Below are positions 63,871 through 64,000 of a stretch of 64,000 nt of DNA, in pieces. The first letter of the stretch is position 1. Each line of letters opens with the position of its first letter. The DNA is from Yuukianura sp. NJ FZ-2021 (lineage: Eukaryota): positions 1,612,001-1,676,000 of the forward strand of contig CM102286.1 in assembly GCA_046563655.1 (NCBI GenBank), in the 5' to 3' direction. A program made the position numbers and the translations under genes. Below the pieces are notes generated by a model. The model was given only the letters and a program-made list of their open reading frames with translations, searched no databases and was not told the origin of the DNA.

Positions 63871-64000
63871 CTGAACTCCGGAGAGTCTTGACGGTAAAAA
63901 ATAGTCTAGTCAAATCCAGTGTTATAAAAGTTACAATCAACCATAATCCAAGATTAATCTCTTCCACGGTGCCATTAATCGTCTTTTACCAAACAGGTAT

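Overview
AT-rich, intron-rich eukaryotic DNA from an arthropod. The gene families suggest a springtail (Collembola)-like soil hexapod, but that is inference only. In order the window holds: a CD36/scavenger receptor class B gene (5'-partial), a small 4-TM protein, three tandem GMC oxidoreductases, a ~1038-aa small heat-shock protein with six alpha-crystallin domains, a coiled-coil protein, a multi-zinc-finger gene, eight tandem CRAL-TRIO/SEC14-like genes, two frameshifted glucoside-xylosyltransferase (GT8) copies plus relics, three gustatory-receptor-like 7TM genes, an intron-containing microbial-type class I terpene synthase, and MTF-1. There are also several MITEs and a minisatellite. The most unusual items are the CRAL-TRIO family (signal peptide, conserved N-glycosylation sequon, GPI-like tail), the six-domain sHSP, and the terpene synthase lying beside those lipid carriers and chemoreceptors. 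Exon boundaries were read by eye, with no transcript or database support.
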